The notes under the pieces are model-generated. The model saw nothing but the letters and a program-made list of their open reading frames with translations, was not told the DNA's origin and ran no database searches. The position numbers were made by a program, and so were the translations under genes. 64,000 bases of DNA from the human T2T-CHM13v2.0 reference genome, Homo sapiens. Where the stretch lies: NCBI RefSeq assembly GCF_009914755.1, contig NC_060930.1, one strand, 5' to 3'. This document shows positions 38,880-52,299 of this stretch, in pieces (position 1 is the stretch's first letter; each line of letters begins with the position of its first letter).

Positions 38880-39953
38880 AATTTAATAAATGATGGGAAA
38901 GTGTCTGAAAATTCAAAAAGGGAGAAATGAATGAAGGTTTCCTGGTAGAAGTAGTGTTAAACTAAATCCCAAAAATGCATTGGGTTTAGATAAATGTAAA
39001 TAGTTGGGAAAGATGTTTTGGACAAAAGCAAATTATTAGCAAGAGGGCAGAGATAGGAAAGTAGGTGATGAACAGGAAACAAAGTTCAAGTTGTGAGAAG
39101 AAAAAGTATGTAAGTGCATATTGGAAGAAATAATGTTGAAGCAGATGAAAGAAGTTCTGACAAATAGACAATTCTGTAAAAGATGTTTGAGGTAGAAGGG
39201 TGTAATAAGACTAGAGCTCAGCTTTGGACAGGTAAATCTGGCAGCAATGAATAAAATAGACTGCTACGCTAATAAGATAGACCTAACAAGAGAACTGCAA
39301 GAATGGCGGGGGAAATGGAGCAAATACAAAGAGTAAGAATAACATACAGCTAGGCTCTGTACATTTTGAGGAACAAATTAGATAGAAGAATGAAGAGGAT
39401 TCTGAGCTCATGAGACAGGATAACCGAGAAGGTGAAGGGCTATCAACAAAAATATTAAGCCCGAGAGAACAGCAGATATGAGAAAGTAGACCACAATTTC
39501 AGTTTGAAATGTTGAATTGGAGAGATCAGAACAGTCAGGGGACTGTATAGCAGACATCTTTAAAATGTTGCATTGAAATTCAAGCACAAAATCAAGTTTG
39601 AGGACACAAATGGTGGGTGCTATCTACATATTGGTTACAGATTGTTTGTAAGATTGGGTGCAAGAGGATACTAATGCAAATCATATAAAGTAAGAAGAAG
39701 AAGAAATAATTTTTAAAGTCTTTGGGAAACATCTACATTGAGAGGCAAGCAAAGAAATTGAAAAATAAAAGTCATCAAAGAGAGTAGAAATTCAGGCAAG
39801 TGGTAATTAAGAACTTAAAAGTGGAGAGAGTTTTGAGAGAGAATATGTGGTAGACAATATCAAACGTTACAGGTAGCTCAAAGGTAGAAAAACCTGATGA
39901 AGTCCATAGAATTTGTTGATTAATAAGTTACTGATATCCTTTTCAAAAGGATT
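38880..39953 (-). mobile_element. L2 LINE fragment
   Basis: Purine-rich antisense L2 motifs (aatctggcagca, ttcagtttgaaatgttgaatt, gacaatatcaaacgttacag). Confidence 0.6.
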
Positions 39954-40433
39954 TGTAGTAAGCAGCATAATGGCTCCCCAAAGAAGTTCAAACCTAAATC
40001 CTTGGAACCTGTGAATATATCACCTTACGGGCAAGAGGGAGTTTGCAGATGTGACTCAGTTAAGGATTTTGATGGGAAGATTATCCTGGATTATTTGGTG
40101 GGTGCTAAATGTAATCACAGTGTCCTTACAAGTGAAAAAGGAAAGCAGGAGAGGGAGAGAAAGAGATTTGATGATGGAAGCAAAGTTCAGAGTGATGAGA
40201 TTTCTGGCTGCGAGCAAAGAAATACCAAGCAGCCTCTAGAAATGGAAAAGGCAAGGAAAGGATTCTCACCTGGAACCTCCAAAAAGATCCAGTTCTGCCA
40301 ACATCTTGATTTTAACCTTGCAAGACCGATTTCAGACTTCTGACCTCCAGGACTGTAAGATAATAAGTGTGTGATGTTTTTAAACCACTAAGTTTGTGGT
40401 AATTTGCTACCATAGAAATAGGAAACCAGTACA
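39954..40433 (+). mobile_element. MLT1D-type MaLR solo LTR
   Basis: tgtagtaagcagcataatggctccccaaaga...ggaacctgtgaatat...tttgtggtaatttg...ggaaaccagtaca; TSD ggatt/gcatt. Confidence 0.88.
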
Positions 40434-40477
40434 GCATTTCAGTCAAGGGGTAAAATGAGTTACTACTCTTCACATAG

Positions 40478-40690
40478 ACACTTGAGCTCTGGAGTTAAGA
40501 GACTGAAATAAAATTCCAATGGCACAACTTACTTAATTTCTCCATGCTTCTGTTACCTTGTCTATAAAGTGAGGATAATAATAGTGCCACCTCGCAGGGT
40601 TGTCGAGAGTATTAAGTGAGAAAATACATGTAAAATAATAAGATAAATGTGCATTACACAACAAGGGCTCCATAAATGTTCACTATTCTT
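40478..40690 (+). mobile_element. MIR
   Basis: gctctggagtt...gaggataataatagtgccacctcgcagggttgtcgag. Confidence 0.8.
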
Positions 40691-40874
40691 CTGTCATGTG
40701 ATGAAGGATTAAGGAGTACCCTAGGCAGTGAAGAAGTAAAGCACTGAGACCTAGAGATGGCTAAGAACTGTGAAGCTCAGTGATCTCTTGGCTGCATGAC
40801 TACTTTGAACAGACCCAAGACATTCCCAGCTGTCTTGGCCTCTGGTCCTACAGAGTTTTTGCACTATATCACAT

Positions 40875-41350
40875 GATTTGGGGCAGAGGCTGCTAACTGA
40901 CCCTTTCACTTTAGTAAAATACTCCCGTATTTTCTCCTGGAAATGGGTCACACACACAATTAGAGAGTATCTTTTGGATCCTCCCTTACAGATTGATGTC
41001 CCCAGATATGTACATTCTGATCAATGTACACAGATTGAACAGAATGGAACTGGAATGCGGATAGAATTGAAATATGCCACTTCTGGGTCAATTCTCAGAA
41101 AGAATCTGCTTGATCTCTACTTTCTCCTTCCCAATGCCTAAGGCTAGAATGTGGACAAGGTGCTAGTGAGCCAGCTTCAGTTACATAAAAGAAACATTCT
41201 CCAAGGGAATAGTGGACAACACAATGAAGGGAAACCAGACCCCTTATGACCTCACTGAGCAGGGCTCACCACTGCCTTGGACCATCCACCTACCTCATGA
41301 CTATCATATGAGAGAGAAACAACTTCTATTGTCTCTGAGCCATTTGATCC
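40875..41350 (+). mobile_element. MLT1 (I/J-type) LTR
   Basis: ctcccttacag..., catatgagagagaaacaacttctattgtctctgagcca. Confidence 0.55.
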
Positions 41351-41610
41351 ATCTCTCTATATACCATTTCTATAAATAGTTTAATGAAATATAAGAGGAA
41401 AAAGGAATACAGAGCAAAAATAGAGGACCTCTGTGAATTCACATTGATAAATCTAATCATTACTCTAGGAAAAGTTTGGATTTCTCTTTTCTGAAGTTTA
41501 ACAAAATATTGATAATAACTTTAAATAAAAGCATACTATGTTCTAGGCACTAAGCTTTTGGCATACATTGCCCCATTTAAACTCAAAATATTTCTGAGGG
41601 AGATCCTAGT

Positions 41611-43929
41611 CAGGCATGAGTTGGAGATACTGTAGGTGTGGTTCAAGACTACCACAATAAAGTGAATATTGCAAGATAGTGAGACACACAAATTTTGTGT
41701 TGCCCTGTGCACATAAAACTTATGTTTATACTACATTGTAGACTATTAAGTGCACATTCCTAAAAACATGATGCATATATCTTAATTAAAAATACTTTAT
41801 TATAAAAAATGCTAATGATCATCTGACTCTCCAGTGAATTGTAATCATTTTGCTGGTAGAGGGTCGTGCCTCAATGTTGATGGCTGCTGACTGATCAGGG
41901 TGTGGTTGCTAAAGTTCTGGATGGCTGTGGCAATTTCTTAAAATAAGACAACAATAGAGTTTGCCACATCAGTTGATTTTCCTTTCATGAAAGATTTCTC
42001 TGTAGCATGTAAAGCTGCTGGATAGCATTTACCCACAGTAGAACTTCCTTCCAAATTGGAATCAACCCTTTCAAACTCGGCTGATGATTTACCAGAAAAG
42101 TTTTAAAAATACTCAAAATCCTTTGATGTCATTTCAACAATGTTCATAGCATCTTTACCAGGAATAAGTTTCATCTCAAGAAATTCTCTGTATATTCATG
42201 AGAAGCAACTCCTAACCCATTAATGTTTGATCATAAGGTTGCATCAATTGAGTCATATTTTAAAGCTCCACTTTGAATCCTAGTTCTCCTGCTATTCTCA
42301 CCACATATGCAGTTACATCCTCTAAGAAGTCTTGAACCACTCAAAGTCACCCAAGAGGGTTGAAATCAACTTCTAAACTCCTGTTAATGTTGATATTTTG
42401 ACCTCCTCTCATAAATCGTGAATGCTCTTAAAGGCATATAAAGTGGTGAATTCTCTCCATAAGGTTTGCAATTTACCTCATCCAGATCCATCAGAGGAAT
42501 AACCATCTATGTCAGCTACAGCCTTATAAAATGTATTTCTTAAACGATAAGACTGAAAAGTCAAATTTACTCCTTGATCCATGGGCTACAGAACTGATGT
42601 TGTGTTAGTAGGCATGCAAGCAACATTAATCTCCTTGTACATCTCCAGCTCTTGGGTGATTAGGTACATTGTCAATGAGCAGTAATATTTTAAAAGAAAC
42701 TTTTTTTTTCCTAAGCAGTAGGTCTCAGCAGTGCGCTTTAAATATTCAGTGAACCATGCTGTCAGCAGAGGTACTGTCATCTAGACTTTGCTGTTCTTTT
42801 TATAGAGTACAAGCAGAGTAGGCTTAGCTTAATTCTTAAGGACTGCAGGATTTTTGCAATGGTAAATGAGCATTGGCTTCAACTTAAAGTCAACAGCAGC
42901 ATTAGCCTCTAAGGAGAGAATCCGCCCATCCTTTGAAGATTTGAAACCAGACATTGACTTCTCTCTATCTATGAAAGTCATAGATAGGATCTTCTTCCAA
43001 TATGAGACTGTTTTGTCTTTATTGAAAATCCATTGTTTTGAGTAGCCGCCTTTACCAATTATCTCAGCTAGATCTTCTGGATAACTTGCTGCAGCTTCTA
43101 CATAGCACTTGCTACTTCACCATGCACTTTTACGTTACGGAGAGTTTTATGTTTCCTTAAACTTCATGAACCAACCTACGATAGCTTTAAACTTTTCTTC
43201 TGTGGCTTCCTCACCTCCCTCAGCCATCATAAAATTAAAGAGAATTAGCGTCTTGCTCTGGATTAGGCTTTGGCTTAAGGGAATTTTGTGGCTAGTTTGA
43301 TCTATCCAGACCACTAAAATTCCTCCATATCAACAATTAGCTATTTTGCTTTCTTATTATTTATGTGTTCACTGAAGCAGCACTTTTAATTTCCTTCAAG
43401 AACTTTTACTTCGCTTTCATAACTTGGTTGTTTGGCACAAGTGGCTGAGATTTTGGCCCATCTCCGCTTTCAACATGTGTTCCATACTAAGCTTAATCAT
43501 TTCTAGTTTTTTATTTAAAATGGGAGACTTGTGATTTTTCCTCTCACTTGAACACTTAGAGGGCATTGTAGGATTATCAATTGGTCTAATTTCAATATGG
43601 TTGTGTCTCAAGGAATAGGAAGGCCCAAGGAGAGGGAGAGAGATGGGGGGAATGGTTGGCCAGTGGAGCAGTCAGAACACATCCAGCATTTAATTTCACC
43701 ATCTTTTATGGCACCCTGAAACAATTACAATAGCAGCAACAAAGATCACAGATCACAGATCACCATAACAAATATAAAACAATGAAAAAGTTTGAAATAT
43801 TATGAGACTTACCAAAGTGTGACACAGAAACAAAGTGAGCACATGCGGTTGGAAAAAAATGGCGCCAATATGATTGTTCAAGGCAAGGTTGCTACAATAA
43901 AGCAAAGTACCATAAAATGAGGGTATCTG
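41611..43929 (-). mobile_element. Tigger1 DNA transposon, near full length, decayed transposase
   Basis: Terminal sequences caggcatgagttggagata / ataaaatgagggtatctg(ta); ORF remnants SKCSSERKNHKSPILNKKLEMIKLS and MTVPLLTAWFTEYLKRT match Tigger1 transposase; inserted inside a MIR (41520-41605, 43932-44080). Confidence 0.93.
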
Positions 43930-44567
43930 TATAACCTCATCTTCAAATATAAAAGCTGAATCTTAATGATATTGACTAAATTGCCCAAGATCCTACACAT
44001 AGAAAGTGCCGGAGTTAGAATTTATCCCAGGCTTGCCTAACTCTACAATGCCAGGTCTTAACAACTGTATATCCTGCCTTCCATGTAATAACAGTAAACA
44101 GTAATTTAGTAATTTGGGGGGAAACTAAGGTACTAAGATTCTGCACTACATCATTTTTATGTTGTATCTAAGCAGCTGTGATTTTTTTTAAAATGTCTAC
44201 TGGGAAACTTTATATATTGACCTCTTTTCCCTAAACTTTATCAGTATCTGCACATTTTTTAAATTGTAAATTTAAATTTGAACTGCATGTCTTCAGTGCA
44301 CACACATACACAAACACATCAAAATTTTCAAGAAGTTAACAGTGGGGTCTGCTGGCTCAACTCATAAACAGAATGTGAGGAACAGCTGTTTAGGCTTTAG
44401 AACCTAAGCTGGTAATGGTTACTTGTTCAAAGGAGCTAATATTAAGAAAATTATAATTTTAAATAGTTATGTATTCTTCAAATAGACATTCTTCAATAAA
44501 ACAGTCACTAAAAGTTATTTCTGCAAATTGAAGTCTATCTCCTAATTACATGTTTTTTTATCTTTAG

Positions 44568-44659
44568 ATGAGACTTCCCAAAAACATAGATTGCAGTTTT
44601 GTTTAAAGCCTGACCAGAAATTTCGGTCCGTTTTCGGAAGCATACTATTTTCTTCAAGG
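44568..44659 (+). other. Candidate 92-nt plus-strand exon
   Basis: Branch-like cctaat, tgtttttttatctttag acceptor, AGG|gtaatg donor, three CpGs. Confidence 0.25.
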
Positions 44660-45099
44660 GTAATGTATATAGTTGGGCAGGAGTAAATACCACTAATTTA
44701 AGATTTGATTTCTAGACCAGGAGTCAGTTCAGGAAAGGACAACAAAGCCTGATTGTGAATATGCTGTGGACATTTGAGCTACTACTTAGGAATATAAAAA
44801 TTCCTCCATTAAAACCATGTAACATATTCCAAATGAGCTACAAATTTTGTGCTGAGTACTAGATATAATATGACTCAAATCTAGGCTCAGTGAAAAAGGT
44901 ATACAAATACAGACAATTTCAGATTTATAATCAAGGCTTTGTTATGCATATAAAATAACCAGTTAACAAGCCTTTATGTATTGCATATTTAGTATGTGTC
45001 CAACATAAATGTAAGTGCTTTGTGAAAAACAATTTTTTGTCAAGTTCTTTTTCTTCAAAGAGCTTTAAACTTACTAGGAAGTCAAGTCTGGCTAATGGC

Positions 45100-45335
45100 A
45101 AACATTATTATATGCCTGGCATACTCTATGGCCTTTACATTCATTAACTTATTTAATATCCACAAAAACCCTATGAAGTAGGAATTTTTATGGTCTCTAT
45201 TTCATGTATGAAGAGACTGAGTCACCAGAGGCTAAGGGACATGCTTGAGATCATGAGGTGGCTTGTGAGTGGCAGAGTGCAGTCTAACTATAGATGATAC
45301 TGCATTATCTCTACGCTGTTCACCATACTACAGGC
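45100..45335 (-). mobile_element. MIR
   Basis: atttaatatccacaaaaaccctatgaagtagg...gagactgagtcaccagag. Confidence 0.75.
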
Positions 45336-45474
45336 CTCCTGCTTCCCATCGATCATATGGAAGAATTGTAGAAAAACAGCAAATGGAATGAAAAAATATT
45401 TCTATCCAAGAATGCCACGTGCTTATTTCATAAATTTCAAATACAAAGGACAAATAACAAGAAAACAGAAGAAT

Positions 45475-45720
45475 ATTGATAATAGTTGAGGATGTTTAGC
45501 ACTATGTTCCAGATACCATGTTACAAGCTAGACATACAGTTCCTCATTTAATCTTCATAAAATCATATGAAGTAGGAGCTCTTATACCTATGTTACAGAT
45601 GATGAGACTGGGCTTAAAGAGGATAGTAATTTTCCCATGATTACAAAACTGGTACATGGCAGATCCAAAATTGCAGCCCAGGCATACTGAACCCAGAGTC
45701 TATGCTCTTAATCCCTAGGT
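45475..45720 (-). mobile_element. MIR
   Basis: ctcatttaatcttcataaaa...ttacagatgatgagactgggctta. Confidence 0.78.
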
Positions 45721-46229
45721 AGCATTGGATCTTCCTCCATCCAGAACTAGGTTTTCAAGGGATCTGGAGAAATAATTACCAATCATTTTTTTTAAATAAA
45801 TCTACCTTATCTATCGCATTCCTAACTCAGCCTAAACTTTATTCAAGGTCACCTTCTAGACCAAAACTAAATTAGTAAGAACTCACTTACTAACTTTGAT
45901 TTCTAGGTGCTCTTGCATAAAACAGTGACTTCTCATCTGTTTTTTATGCCTACATGTCTTTTACAAGAAATGCAGACTCTGGATTCCCTATCACTGGGCC
46001 AGTTCTATTTCTCCAAACAGCCAATGAAGTGAAAAGAGAAAGATCATTTGAAATGGAGATGTCCTCAATTTTTCACTTGTGCCAATCTAGTTTCTGCCCA
46101 AGGAGAAGGTTGAAAAACACTTTTAATTTAGAAAAAAAAAGTAGAAATTAAAAGTTTTGAAGTCCAAATACCTATTTTAAATAAACTTTTATAATAAGTA
46201 GTTTTTTGAATAAAGAATAATCTTCTAAA

Positions 46230-46846
46230 TTTTTTCATTCATTTATTTATGTGATAAAAGCTGTTAGTAGTGACTACATGTTACTCACTGTTTCAGTTGT
46301 TTTAGAGACATCAGTAAACAAAAGTACAGACACTGTCATCATGGAGCTCTGGGTCTATTGAGGGAGCTGATTTTTAACCAATGCATCAGAACAAATGTTA
46401 AATCACAGCTATGATAGGTTGTATGATGGAAAGATATATATTATTATGTGAATATAATATAGGAAGACATGATATAAATCTTGATGTCAGATAAAACTTC
46501 TCTGATGAAAAAATGTTTACACTGCACTCTGAATGACTAATGGACAGTTATAAGAGGGGAGAAGATTGTACAGGCAGATAGACCTGCAGGGGAAAAGGAG
46601 GGAACATTCAAGAAACTAAAGAAACTCCAGTATGGAGCCTGGGGCAAGATGAGGTTAGAGTGAGAGGCTGAGTCAGAATTGATAGGGATTGATACACTGT
46701 GTTAATGATTTTGATCACTGTCTTATGAAAGATGGAATCCATTGAAAAATTCTAACCATGGAACCACAAGGGGACATAAAAATATTCTGGCTGCATCAAG
46801 AAATTTGGAAGAGAGAAAGAGTGATACAAGGAGAGCAATTCAGAAG
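46230..46846 (-). mobile_element. L2 LINE 3' portion
   Basis: ttcattcatttatttat terminus; tcatggagctct; resumes after LTR33 at ~47310-47380. Confidence 0.7.
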
Positions 46847-47309
46847 TGTGTCAGTTCAGGCCCTCCAAGAAGCAGATGCCAAGATGGAGTTGGAAACTGC
46901 AAGAGATTTATTGAGGGTGATGTCTGTGAAAGATAATAAGAGAAGGAGCTATGAGAGGTAAACGTTTCAGACTGCAAAACAAGTCTGAAACCTATGTAAA
47001 AGAGGTATCAGGAAGAAAGAATTTATGAACAGAGCCTCAGACTGCCATACAGCTTTGACAAAGTCTCAATCAGTTCAATGAAGAGCTGCAATGCAAAGAC
47101 TATTCATAGAGGAGTTCCACACTGGTCAAAAGAGGCCAAGCCCTACTATCCTTTCTGTGATTAGTCATTGGCTGGGGCTGCAAGAAAAGTGTTTCACCTC
47201 AGCTCAAAATGTGGGGCCAATCCTGGAGGCAACAACCATCATCTGCACTCCTTATGGCTGGTTTTCTCTTGAAGGGAGATCTGGTCAGTGCCCCTCTGAG
47301 GCTGTTACA
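46847..47309 (-). mobile_element. LTR33 (ERVL) solo LTR
   Basis: Reverse strand begins tgtaacagcc...cagatctcccttcaagagaaaacc; other end gaagcagatgccaagatggag...tttattgaggg. Confidence 0.75.
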
Positions 47310-47377
47310 GAAGCAGTTGACCTAAAAATCCAAGCTAGAGATGAGGTAGGTGGTGGTGAAGATATAGATGAAGCAAG

Positions 47378-47455
47378 ATGAAGGAAGGGAAGGGAAGGAA
47401 GGGAAGAGAAAGGAAAGGGGAAGGGAAAGGGAAGAGAAAAAAGAAAGGAAGGGAA
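47378..47455. repeat. Polypurine (GGAAG/GGGAA)n tract
   Basis: About 75 bp of purines. Confidence 0.85.
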
Positions 47456-48065
47456 CCAGAGAATCCAAATTTGTATTTAGAGAAAAATATTAACATTCTA
47501 AATTGAATTTTTTTTCCTTGTAAACTAATTAAAGGACCCAAGGCCTTCTATATCCAAAAACATTTAAATCTCCTAAGCATGAATCTTTTAGGTCTGGGGC
47601 AAAAGCCACACCAAATAATAATAAAACATGAATCTTTTATGTAAGAATTTTCTATCGTAGATTTTAAACTTTGCTAAAATAATGGAGAACATTTAAATCA
47701 ATTTTTAATGACAAGAAACTACCTCTATCTGAATGACCTCCAGATCTTGAGAAAATCTCATTTTACGGAATAGACATGCTATCAAAAGTTTTTTATGAAT
47801 CTTTTATTTTTCTAATGGAATAATATTTCTCCACTAACATGCTTTACCTTCATCCCAAGTCATTCTTCAATTGGCAGAAATGACTAATAATTTGGCTTTT
47901 AGTTTCCCTGTAAAGAATCTGTCCTGTACTAAATGATTTATAATGGTAAAACAAAAAGAAGTAATAGACAGCACTTTTAGAGAAGAGGGACTTTTCAGTG
48001 AATATTTTTATGACACAAGGTAACACAATGGCAGTTCAAACGAATAGCCATCTTACCCTCTAAAC

Positions 48066-48460
48066 TGTACTGATTAGAATGGGATAGCTGTGCTACAAAA
48101 GCAAATAAATCTCCAAGTATCAGTGGCTTAACACACCAAAGTTTATGTATCACTTTCTGATATGTATCACCATCTGATAGTTAAGGAGCACTTCAAAGCA
48201 TCTCTCTTTCTTGTGGTAACTCAGGGACTCAGTTTCTCTTTATCTCTACTCATCACTTCCAGGGGAGCTGTGGCAACAGAAAATGTGGCTAGAATGTCCT
48301 AAACAAGTATACATGGTCAGGCCTATATAGCATGCACCATTTCTGCCCACTGTCCACTGGACAGAATGAGACGCATGGCCTAAATCTAACTGCAAAGGGA
48401 ACAACAAATGTGGAGCACATGGGTAGTTAGTTGGTGAAACTTTGCTCTCTCAGCTGCCAC
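48066..48460 (-). mobile_element. MLT1 (J/K-type) LTR
   Basis: tcagtggcttaacacaccaaagtttat; catttctgcccactgtccactggacagaa...catggcc...taactgcaaaggga. Confidence 0.7.
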
Positions 48461-49879
48461 TTATCAGGTTTTATTATTTGCAGGTACACTTCAAAGAGTA
48501 TCTACAGCACATTGGAATTCATGCTCTAATCAGTTTCTATTAGGCATGTGTGTATGCATGTTTGAATACACAGGAAACCGCAGAACTCATACCCTGCCTG
48601 ATTGAACACTAAAACTCTCCTTCTACAGATGCCCCTTTTCCCTTACTATTTCATTATTTGAAAACTTCCTCTCCTTTTGCATCTGTTTTTCTTTCTCTTT
48701 TATCTGCTGTTGTTTAGGAGCATCATATCACTTCCAATTTGTCCTTTCTCATGTAACTACAGGGCTAGTCCAAGGTGTGGTCAACCGCAGCAGAACTAGT
48801 TGAAATGCAGGTGACTTGGAAGAAGAGAGAGATGGAAATCATTAGCTACCACTCACCCTCAGTTGCCACCATGAAGTCTTCCAGCCCAATGCTGATTTTA
48901 CAGACAAAATACTTAGCCTCCCTCCCTCCTTCTTACCCACCAACCAACCAATGTGAGAAAATCAAGAAATAGATGTTTTTGGAGTCCTGAGAGAAGAGAG
49001 AGGAAATTCCTGCTTTATAACAGTACCCCAGTAAAGAAACAAAACCGAGAAAGAAAGAATTTACGATATGTCTAGACAGAGATGCAGCCTTTCAAATGAT
49101 CTCCCAGCCTGAAACGTGGCAACAAAGCATCAGAGAGCTGCCAGGACTGAAGGAGCCATGTTTCTGGGGACATAGGATGTCATCGATAAGCAATGACAAG
49201 ATCACTGCTGCCACACACACATGCACACCCAGGTAAGATCCTGGGACTCTGGCATAAGCTGGAGAGTTGGAGGAAACACCAGGAAGGATAGAGTCTACCT
49301 AACTTCCAGCTTCATTCCACTGCAACAGCAAAGATGCATAAAATCCAAAATATAATTGAGTTGTTTCATAAAAAATTAAGTTATGTTTGTAATCATGCTC
49401 AAATTCCACTTAAAATGGGGAATTTTGTTGCCTGATATAAATAATTTTGTTGCAACATAACATTATGTAAGGAAAATAAAATGTAGCTCCTAATCATTAT
49501 TCAGTGAGGTAATGGTAACTATTAAAAGACAAAGACACCTCGTAATTTGAATTGCTTCCAGCTGAGCAGTCATCATCTGGACATATGCTATCAAATGATA
49601 CTCCTCCCACTGAGCCATTATGCATTTAATGCCTTTATTTATCTGCCAAATTTCAAGACTGAAACAAAGGTTTTAAAATTTAAAAATGTGCTATTAAACC
49701 AAATGTAAGATAAGCTATCCTGCCTAATCCAATAAAATACAGTATTTCATTATGATTAGTATTAATTTTCTGTAATTTTGTAAATTCCCAGGCAAATATA
49801 ATCTTCTAAGATAGAAAAAAAGTCTTCATACTGTAAGAAATTGTGCAATAAAATTATTAGCAAATAATTCCATTTATTG

Positions 49880-50105
49880 CTGAAAGGTATAGGCTTTGGA
49901 GTTAGATGGACCTGGATTTACATCCTGGTCCTAACACATTTTTTTATGACCCTGGGACATGTATTGGATCTCATTAGGCCTCAGTTACTCATATATTAAA
50001 TGGTAATGGATATAATTTATAAAGTTTAGAGGAAATAATAAAATTGAGTACTCATCATAGTGCATGAAATAGAGTAAGCACGAAAAGAAGTGATTAGTTA
50101 TGAAT
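49880..50105 (+). mobile_element. MIR
   Basis: aggctttggagttagatggacctggattta...ggcctcagttactcat. Confidence 0.75.
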
Positions 50106-50184
50106 ATTATAATGTACAGTGTGAAAATATGTAATTCAAAATCTAAGCAGTTGGAATTTTTAAATATTTTGAGACTTAAGAGAG

Positions 50185-50683
50185 TGTGATTATGGGACCT
50201 GAATCATGTAAACTGGGAGCTGTAACCTTTTCTTCTCTGATTATAGATTAGCCTTTTTCCTTACCTACATTGTTTTCTAAAATGGTGTAAAGGACTAACA
50301 GGCACCAGGGAGGACCCCTTCCCTCTTAATTGTTGATCTTCACTATAGATGAACTTCCTTCTTTCCTATCCCATACAAACACTGCGTGATTATCACATTG
50401 CCTAAGATGGAATGTTAAATACAGAATTTTAAACTGGAAAAAAAGAAGGAAAGCTATAATTAAATTGTTGTGTAATTAAACCAGCCTTGTATAGAAAATG
50501 TTATAATCTTACTAAATTTCTTTGTTTTCTGCCTATATAAGCAAGATCTTAACTAACTTTAACTTTTGAGCATTGACCCCATTCCTTTGAAGTCTCTGTT
50601 ACTTGAATGGCCATTTTTAGGTTTTTACTTAAATAAATTCTTTTGAACCAAATCCTGATCTGTTCAATTATTTCATATTGACA
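50185..50683 (+). mobile_element. ERV1 (MER4-group) LTR
   Basis: gcctatataagcaag TATA, ttttgagcattgaccccattcctttgaagtct, aataaa, terminal tatttcatattgaca. Confidence 0.65.
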
Positions 50684-50777
50684 ACACTATGCATGGTATC
50701 AAAAATCAAGTAAGGTAAGATTATTGTAGCCTTTGAAAGTTCAGGCTTAGTAAAATGTCTAAACCACAGAAGCTTAA

Positions 50778-51178
<401 letters not shown>

Positions 51179-51375
51179 TAGCCCCTTAAAGAAGAGAAGC
51201 TAAATAACAGAGATCTACATTTGACTGGATTTTCCCTTAAGGATACTTCCTGGTTTGTATTGTGCATAGATGATTGAGCTCAAGCAGTAAGTAGCTGTCT
51301 TATTTTGCATAGGGGTTATAGGTCAAAGTTCAGGGTTGATCATTGATAGGAATTAAAAAGGGAAATTCCAAACAT

Positions 51376-52007
51376 TGATACAAGGGGTAGAAAGAAATTA
51401 TTTAGGCAGGTAGTGAGGGCAACAAAGTCCTTGGTGGAATTTCCCTTTTAATAAAAAGCAACCCCCAAATCATTTATTTCCTAACAAAGAGTAGCCTAAA
51501 AAATCAAGCTGCAGACGTAGATAAGCAAGCTGGAAGCTTGCATGGGGGAGTGCTGGCAGCTGTGCCAATAAAAAAGGGCTACCTGAGTGCCAGGTTATGT
51601 TCAACATGGAGGCTCCATCTTCCCTTTTCTTTGTCCCCACATGTACAGTAAAGGAACAGGCAGCATGGCACTGGTCAGGTAGAGAACTCATCTGCATAAT
51701 AGAAGATCAGGATAGGGGTAGCCAGCTTTTTTGCACCCTATGAAAATGGCACACCTGGTCCAACCAATCTTCTGTGCCTTATGTAAATCAGATACCGCCA
51801 CCTCAAGTTCATCTATAAAATCTCCTGCACTTCACCACAAAAGCAGCAACCCATTTCTCTGGGACCCCTCTCTCTGAAGCAGAGAGAGCTCTTCTCTTTC
51901 TTTCATCTATTAAACTTCCACTCTGAACCTCACTCTTTGTGTCTGCATCCTAGTTTTCTGTGGCCATGAGACAACGAATCTCACAGTCAGCCAACAACAC
52001 TGCTTCA
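51376..52007 (+). mobile_element. LTR9 (HUERS-P3) solo LTR
   Basis: tgatacaagg..tagaaagaaattatttaggcag..agtgaggg start; gataagcaagctggaagcttgca; ends tgcttca; TSD acat/atat. Confidence 0.85.
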
Positions 52008-52299
52008 ATATGAGAAAGCCACAAGTGGATCAGCCCTAAACTCTGCATGTAAATACCTGTTAAATCTTTGGATGAGTTCTATGTTTTAGAATGCAAACAT
52101 TCCTTGAGAGTTCTAGGAACCAAGACAAGGATTACAATTGCTGAGTAGTGATTTCATCAGTGGTCTATTTCTGGGAAAACAGGGTTTGGAGTTCAAGTTG
52201 AACCAAATTATGAGGGATTGTCAGCCTTACAATAATGACTATATACTAATGACCATTGGATTAAAGGTAAAATAAAAAAAAATCACCCTAACGGAGCCT

